Below are positions 41,901 to 47,900 of a stretch of DNA of 64,000 bases, piece by piece. This DNA is from Kiritimatiellia bacterium (GTDB lineage Bacteria > Verrucomicrobiota > Kiritimatiellia > RFP12 > DVOR01), in the NCBI GenBank assembly GCA_017531445.1, contig JAFXKZ010000002.1:201286-265285 (forward strand), written 5' to 3'. Below the pieces are notes generated by a model, which saw only the letters and a list, made by a program, of their open reading frames with translations, had not been told where the DNA came from and made no database searches. A program made the translations under genes and the position numbers. Positions within the stretch are counted from its first letter, which is position 1, and each line of letters starts with the position of its first letter.

Positions 41901-44900
41901 ACAGCACTTCAAGTAGATGAGTTTGAAGAACTCGACACACTCACGATTAATGCCGCAACAGGAACTGCATGGTCATCAATTGCCGAACAGCTTGAAAACT
42001 CGAAACAAGCCTTGTCGGCAGATGCGGTATTGACCATCAATTTCGGTGATGGCGATACGCCGGGTTCTTTTGTGTTCGACAATGCCGAAGCGTTAACGTT
42101 TGCTTCTGTTGTCGTTACGGGTTCTGCGGGTGGTACGGTGACAAGTAGCGAAGGTGCATTAACCTTTACTTCTTTCACACGCGAATCCGCTTGCACCAAT
42201 TTGACTGTGGATGCTAAAGTTTTCACCGCGGCATATGGCTCCGGCGCACAGACAATTGATGGGTGGACTTTGGGTATTACGGTTCCTGCAGAAGGTAACG
42301 TGACGCTCTCTAACGCCTTCACGGTTAATTCAAATGCCATACTCAAGAAGGTAGGGGCCGGCACATTGTCACTTACTTCAACAAGTAATACACTTCATGG
42401 TGGATTAGATGTGAAGTCTGGTACGCTGATTTTGGCTTCTGCAGACAGAGGTATCAAGGGAGATGTCGTTGTTGCACAAGGCGCGACACTTGCGACAACC
42501 GCGAATGATGCAATCAACTACAGTGCATCCTCAACGCAGACCATTACCATTAATGGTACGGTTCAGGTTGGCGCAAAGTGGACCATCTTTGCCAATAACA
42601 AGATTGTCTTAGGTGCTGGCGCAGTATTGGACACTTACAACAATTATGCCGAGCCATTAGACTTCTTCCGTGCGAACTGCCCGATTATGGTTACGGGTGC
42701 GGATGCAATTATTCGTGCTGTGATGTTTAATCACAATAATGACACCTCTCACTCTGTGAAGATAACCTTCGCGGAAGGAGCGTCATTGACCATTGAGGGA
42801 AATGTTGAGACTATTCCTGTGACAACCGAATTGGCAGAGGGCGCGACTTCGGCTACATTGGCACTCACGGGGACGAAGACCTCAACTTCGAGGTTGACGG
42901 TAGGTAATGGCATCACACTCGCTGGTGATGGCACATGGTCGGGCCCAGCAACCTTCAATGGTGGTAAGATTCAAGTGGTGACCAACCTTGAACAACCTAT
43001 CACCATTAAGGGCGCAGTGACGGCTTCTCAGCCGATCGAAGTTCTCTTTGATGAGACTGCGGAAGTGCCGGTGAAGGTCTTGGCCTCTACGAACGCCTTG
43101 ACGGAAGAGATGTTGGCAGTTCGTACAGGTTACTCACGCGTGGTGGAAACAACCACTGAGAGTGAAAGCACCATCTACACCTTGTGCTACGATGAAGCTG
43201 ATGACACAGACGTGACGGCGATTGCGACCACGATTAACGAAACAGTGGAGTGGTCAGCTTTGGCGTGGACAAACATTGAATCGGGTAATACGATTGACCT
43301 TAACACTGTGACGGCAGAAAATATCACGTCGGTCACGCTCAATGTTGCAGAAACGGCAACATTGAGCCTTGCGGATGTGAAGACAGCCTTCCCGAATGCT
43401 GTCGTGACAATTAACTACACTGCACAAGGTAAGACATTAACGCTTGCGGGTGAAAGTGTGGTATTGCCGGCGATTACGGTGACAGGTGAGTCGGGCATGC
43501 TGAAGACGACGGCGACCTCGCTTGTGATGGATGCCTTGTCTGTTGTGCCCATGGGCTTCGGCTTTGACGTTGCGCTCTTGAATAGTGCGACAACATTGAC
43601 CGCCTTGCCGACGGCTTACACCCTTTATGGTGATGGCTCGACCTTGACAAAGACCTTGCCAGCTACGGCCACGGTGACTTTGCAAAGTGGTACGATAAAA
43701 TTGGGTGCGAACAATGTGCTTAATACGGCGAATACGATCATTCTCAATGCGGATGCTACGCTTGACTTGAATGGAAAGGAACATGATGGATCCTTAACAT
43801 TGAATGGTGGTAAATTGACGAATACAGGAAATGTCATCGGGATGAATTTGCAGCAATTGCGCAATCTCGTCCTGACAGCAGATTCTGAAATTGAAGTCAA
43901 TGACGGCCATGCGTTCCATTTGATTCATTCGGGCTATGGCGTTCAGACGCTCACCTTGAATGCTCATACCTTAACCAAATCGGGGACTGGCACAATGGCG
44001 TGGTGCAATGTTTCTCCAGCCAATGGTACGGTTAAGGTTACGAATGGCACTTTAGAGATGCGTTCGGGCAATAACGGCACGGGGGCAAACAATACGTGTA
44101 CGCTTACGGCTGTAACGTTGGAAGAGAATGGCGGAGAGATTCAGATTACGCGTAATTATGCACTTGCTAATACCGTAACGCTAAAGGGCGAAATCTCCAT
44201 TGCTTCTGTGCTTTCGGGTGATGGTGCCTTGAATGTGGCTGCGGGAACACTCACACTTTCGGGCGCAAACACCTACACGGGAGGCACGCAGATTGCTGAA
44301 GGCGCGAAGGTGATTGCAACATCCATTGGTACGGGTGAGGTAACCGGTGCCGGTGACATCGAATTGTTGATTAATGCGACAGCGGTTTCAGTCCCCAATA
44401 TCATCAAGGTCGCTTACACAGGTGCGGCAACGCTTACTGCTTCTGGCGACAATGGTGCTATTGTTGAAAATACGACCAATGTGACTTGGCCGAGTGGTAA
44501 ACAGTACATCTTTAATGGTGGTACACATGCCTTGACCTTCTATCCCGGTACATTGCCAAATGATAAGTCTACTGAAACTGAAGACTCCGCCTCTATTCAG
44601 GTGAAGGCAAACACCACTTTAACCTTGAAGGCGCGCGACTTTGGTGGTTGGACTGGCTCTCACTTTAACAATATTGCCCTTTCGGTAAAGGGTGAAAATG
44701 CGAAGGTGATCGCGGCAAGCTTTGACTCTCATCCCGGTTGCTTTGTTGGCCGAGTGTATCTCGCCGATGGTGCAACAATCCAGGGCGGTGATAACAACAC
44801 GGACGCGATTAACTTCTTTGGTAACGCCGATGATGCAAACATCCATGTCACATCCGGATCTGCTTCTTGGACAAATAAGTTGTGGATTGGCAATGGAGGT

Positions 44901-47900
44901 GGTGGAAATATCACCAATCTTGGTATTACCGTGGAGGAAGCCGCTTCCTTTGATCTGTCGGCCCTTGTTCAGAACAACAAGGGCATTAAGAAGTGCGGCG
45001 CAGGCGCGATGACACTTTCGGGTGAGAACACCTCAACAGGCAGTTTAATTGTGAATGAGGGTACTGCTGTGATTACGGGTGCTTGGGCTGGTGCCACCTC
45101 TGTGGCTGCGGATGCAACGCTTACTGGCACTGGCACTATCGGTGGCACATTGACCTTTGCCGAAGGTGCCACGTTCAAGGTTAATCCCTCGGCTGCAAAT
45201 CCCTTGAAGGTGACTGGGACAATCTCGGGAACGGCGGCGATTGCGTTGGCCGAAACTCAAGAGGTCATTTCAAAGATAGCACTTATTGCTTCGAATGAAA
45301 CAATTGATCCGGCCAACTTTGGTGCAATCTCGGGTTATACATATGTCGTTGAAACGGTAGATGGCGTCCATACGCTTTATGCAGCAGTTGCCGCTCCGGA
45401 AGCATTGACTGCAACGCTCTCAGGCAATGTCGCATGGGCTGACGTACCGTGGATGAGTGATGAATCAATTGCAATTTATCCTGAAACGATGAATGTTTCT
45501 CAGGTGACAACGATTACCTTGAATCTTACAGCTGATACCACGCTCACCTTCGGGGATGTACAAGCGACCTTCCCGGCTTTGACGACAGTAAAAGTCAATC
45601 CTATGGCAGAGAATCTCACGTTTACTATCGCAGGTGACCGTGTGACCTTGCCAACGGTAACGACAGACTTGTTTGTGCAGCCTACGCCAATGGTCTTCCT
45701 TTCAACGGCGACTTCGCTTACAATTGAGAAATTCCAGCCGAAACTCAGTGGTGAGTATGCTGTAGGCATCGGCGTCTCGTTCGTGAACAGTTGCACTGTC
45801 GTAAACTTCCCGACAACTTATCGTCTCTTTGGCGATGGATCGGTATTGACCAAGCAGGTCTCGGCGAATGCGAGCGGCATTCAATTGGCTGGCGGCATCG
45901 TCAAGATTGCAAATAGCGACATCTTGCAGTCGCGTCCGCTCTTTGTGGAGCAAGGGGCAACGTTTGACCTCAATGGTAATACGCATCTCGGGTCACTCAC
46001 CTTAAATGGTGGTAAGCTGACGAATACAGGAAATGCAATTGGTACGAATGAACAGCAATTGCGTAATCTCGTCCTGACAGCGGATTCTGAAGTTGAAGTC
46101 AATGAAGGTCATGTATTCCACTTGATTGATGGTAGTTACGCATTACAGACGCTCACCTTGAATGATCATACCTTAACCAAGTCGGGAACAGGCAAGATGC
46201 AGTGGTGTAATGTTTCACCGGATGGTGGCACAATTACAGTTACTGGCGGCATCCTCCTGATGCGAGCCGGCGGTCAGGCAGAGAATGGGACAGACCGTGC
46301 TGCTGACACCTGTACGCTTACGGCTGTAACGTTGGAAGAGAATGGCGGCGAGATTCAGATTACGCGTAATTATGCACTTGCCGATACCGTAACACTCAAG
46401 GGTGACATTTCTATCGCTTCGGTGCTTTCGGGTGACGGAGCCTTGAATGTTGCCACCGGGTCGACTACCCTCTCGGGTGCGAACACTTACACGGGTAACA
46501 CAACGATTACTGAAGGTGCAACCCTGAAGGTGACGACGAAGGATGCCCTTGGTTCCACGCGTAATGCTAGCGGACAGATCGCACTCGGTAATACGACCCT
46601 CACAGGAGCAGGCTCTCTGGAGCTCGCCTTCGCTGATGCCGAAGCATCTTTGGAAATGATTGGGAATGGCGGCACCTTTACTGGTGACATCATTGTGACG
46701 GGCGGCACCTTGAAATTCCCGAATGCTTCGGGAGGTTCAGGTCCTGTTCATGGCCGTGTGATTACGGTCACAGGCGCGAATGCAGTTTTGACGACGGGTA
46801 CCAATAGCGATGCGACGGGTTGGAATGTCTCCGGTCGTCAAAAGTTGGTCTTGGCGGATGGTGCTCAATTCAAGGTCTATAAGCGTGACACCTTCAAGAC
46901 GCCGCTTGAAATGACAGGTGCCAGCGTGATCTTAATGAATGGTGCAAACGATGGTGGCCGAGGATTAGATTGGTATCAATCACCATCGTTAACCGTGAAG
47001 GCAGAAACAGGTGCCACGGCTGAATCCCCCACGGAATCGTTTATCACGGTGGCTGCTGATGCAACTGCGAATGACCAAAAGATCAATATTCGTGATGATA
47101 ATGGCAATGCCCGTTGTTCAATTCCCGCAAATGTTGAAGCGAATGCCCGCTTGACGATTGATGCCCATCTCTATGGTGATGATATTGTTAAAACGGGCGA
47201 AGGCGAATTGGTATTGACCAATGCCACAAACGCTTATAATGCAACGACAATCAACGGCGGTACGTTGACCGTAACGGGTGCAACCGGAACGGGTGCTACC
47301 ACCATGGCTGTGGGGACAACCTTGCGTGGCACAGGCACAGTGAAGGGCGCACTTACCTTTACAAATACCTTGGCAGAGGACGGGACAACCGTATCGGCTA
47401 TGCCGACCTTGATTGTTGATGCGGCTTCGGATGCGGATCCCGCCTTGACTGTGAATGGTGCAATCACTGGAAAGGTCTCCGTGCGCTTTACGACCGCGAT
47501 TACCACGCAAGCCTTGGTGCCTGTGTTGCATTCGTCGCAAGCAATTGAACCTGAAAACTTCATGATGGAAACCGCATTACCAGAAGGTTATGCACTCCAG
47601 GTGATTGAAGACGAAGGTCTTTATACGCTTGCCGTGGCAAAGGAAAACTTCCAGATTTATACAGAACTTCATGCTACGGTGACGGAAAACGCAGCTTGGA
47701 CAGCCCTTTCATGGACGGATGGCGAGGGCAACGCTGTTGAATCCGGCGATATTGCCTGGAGCCTTGTCGAAACCGTTGTTCTGACAGCGGAGAATGGCGC
47801 AGTTGTTACTATGGATGTGGCACTCCCTGTTCTGACAGCACTCACAATTGAGGGCGGCTCATTGACCTTGCAGAATCATTTGGAAACAAAACTCTCTGCA

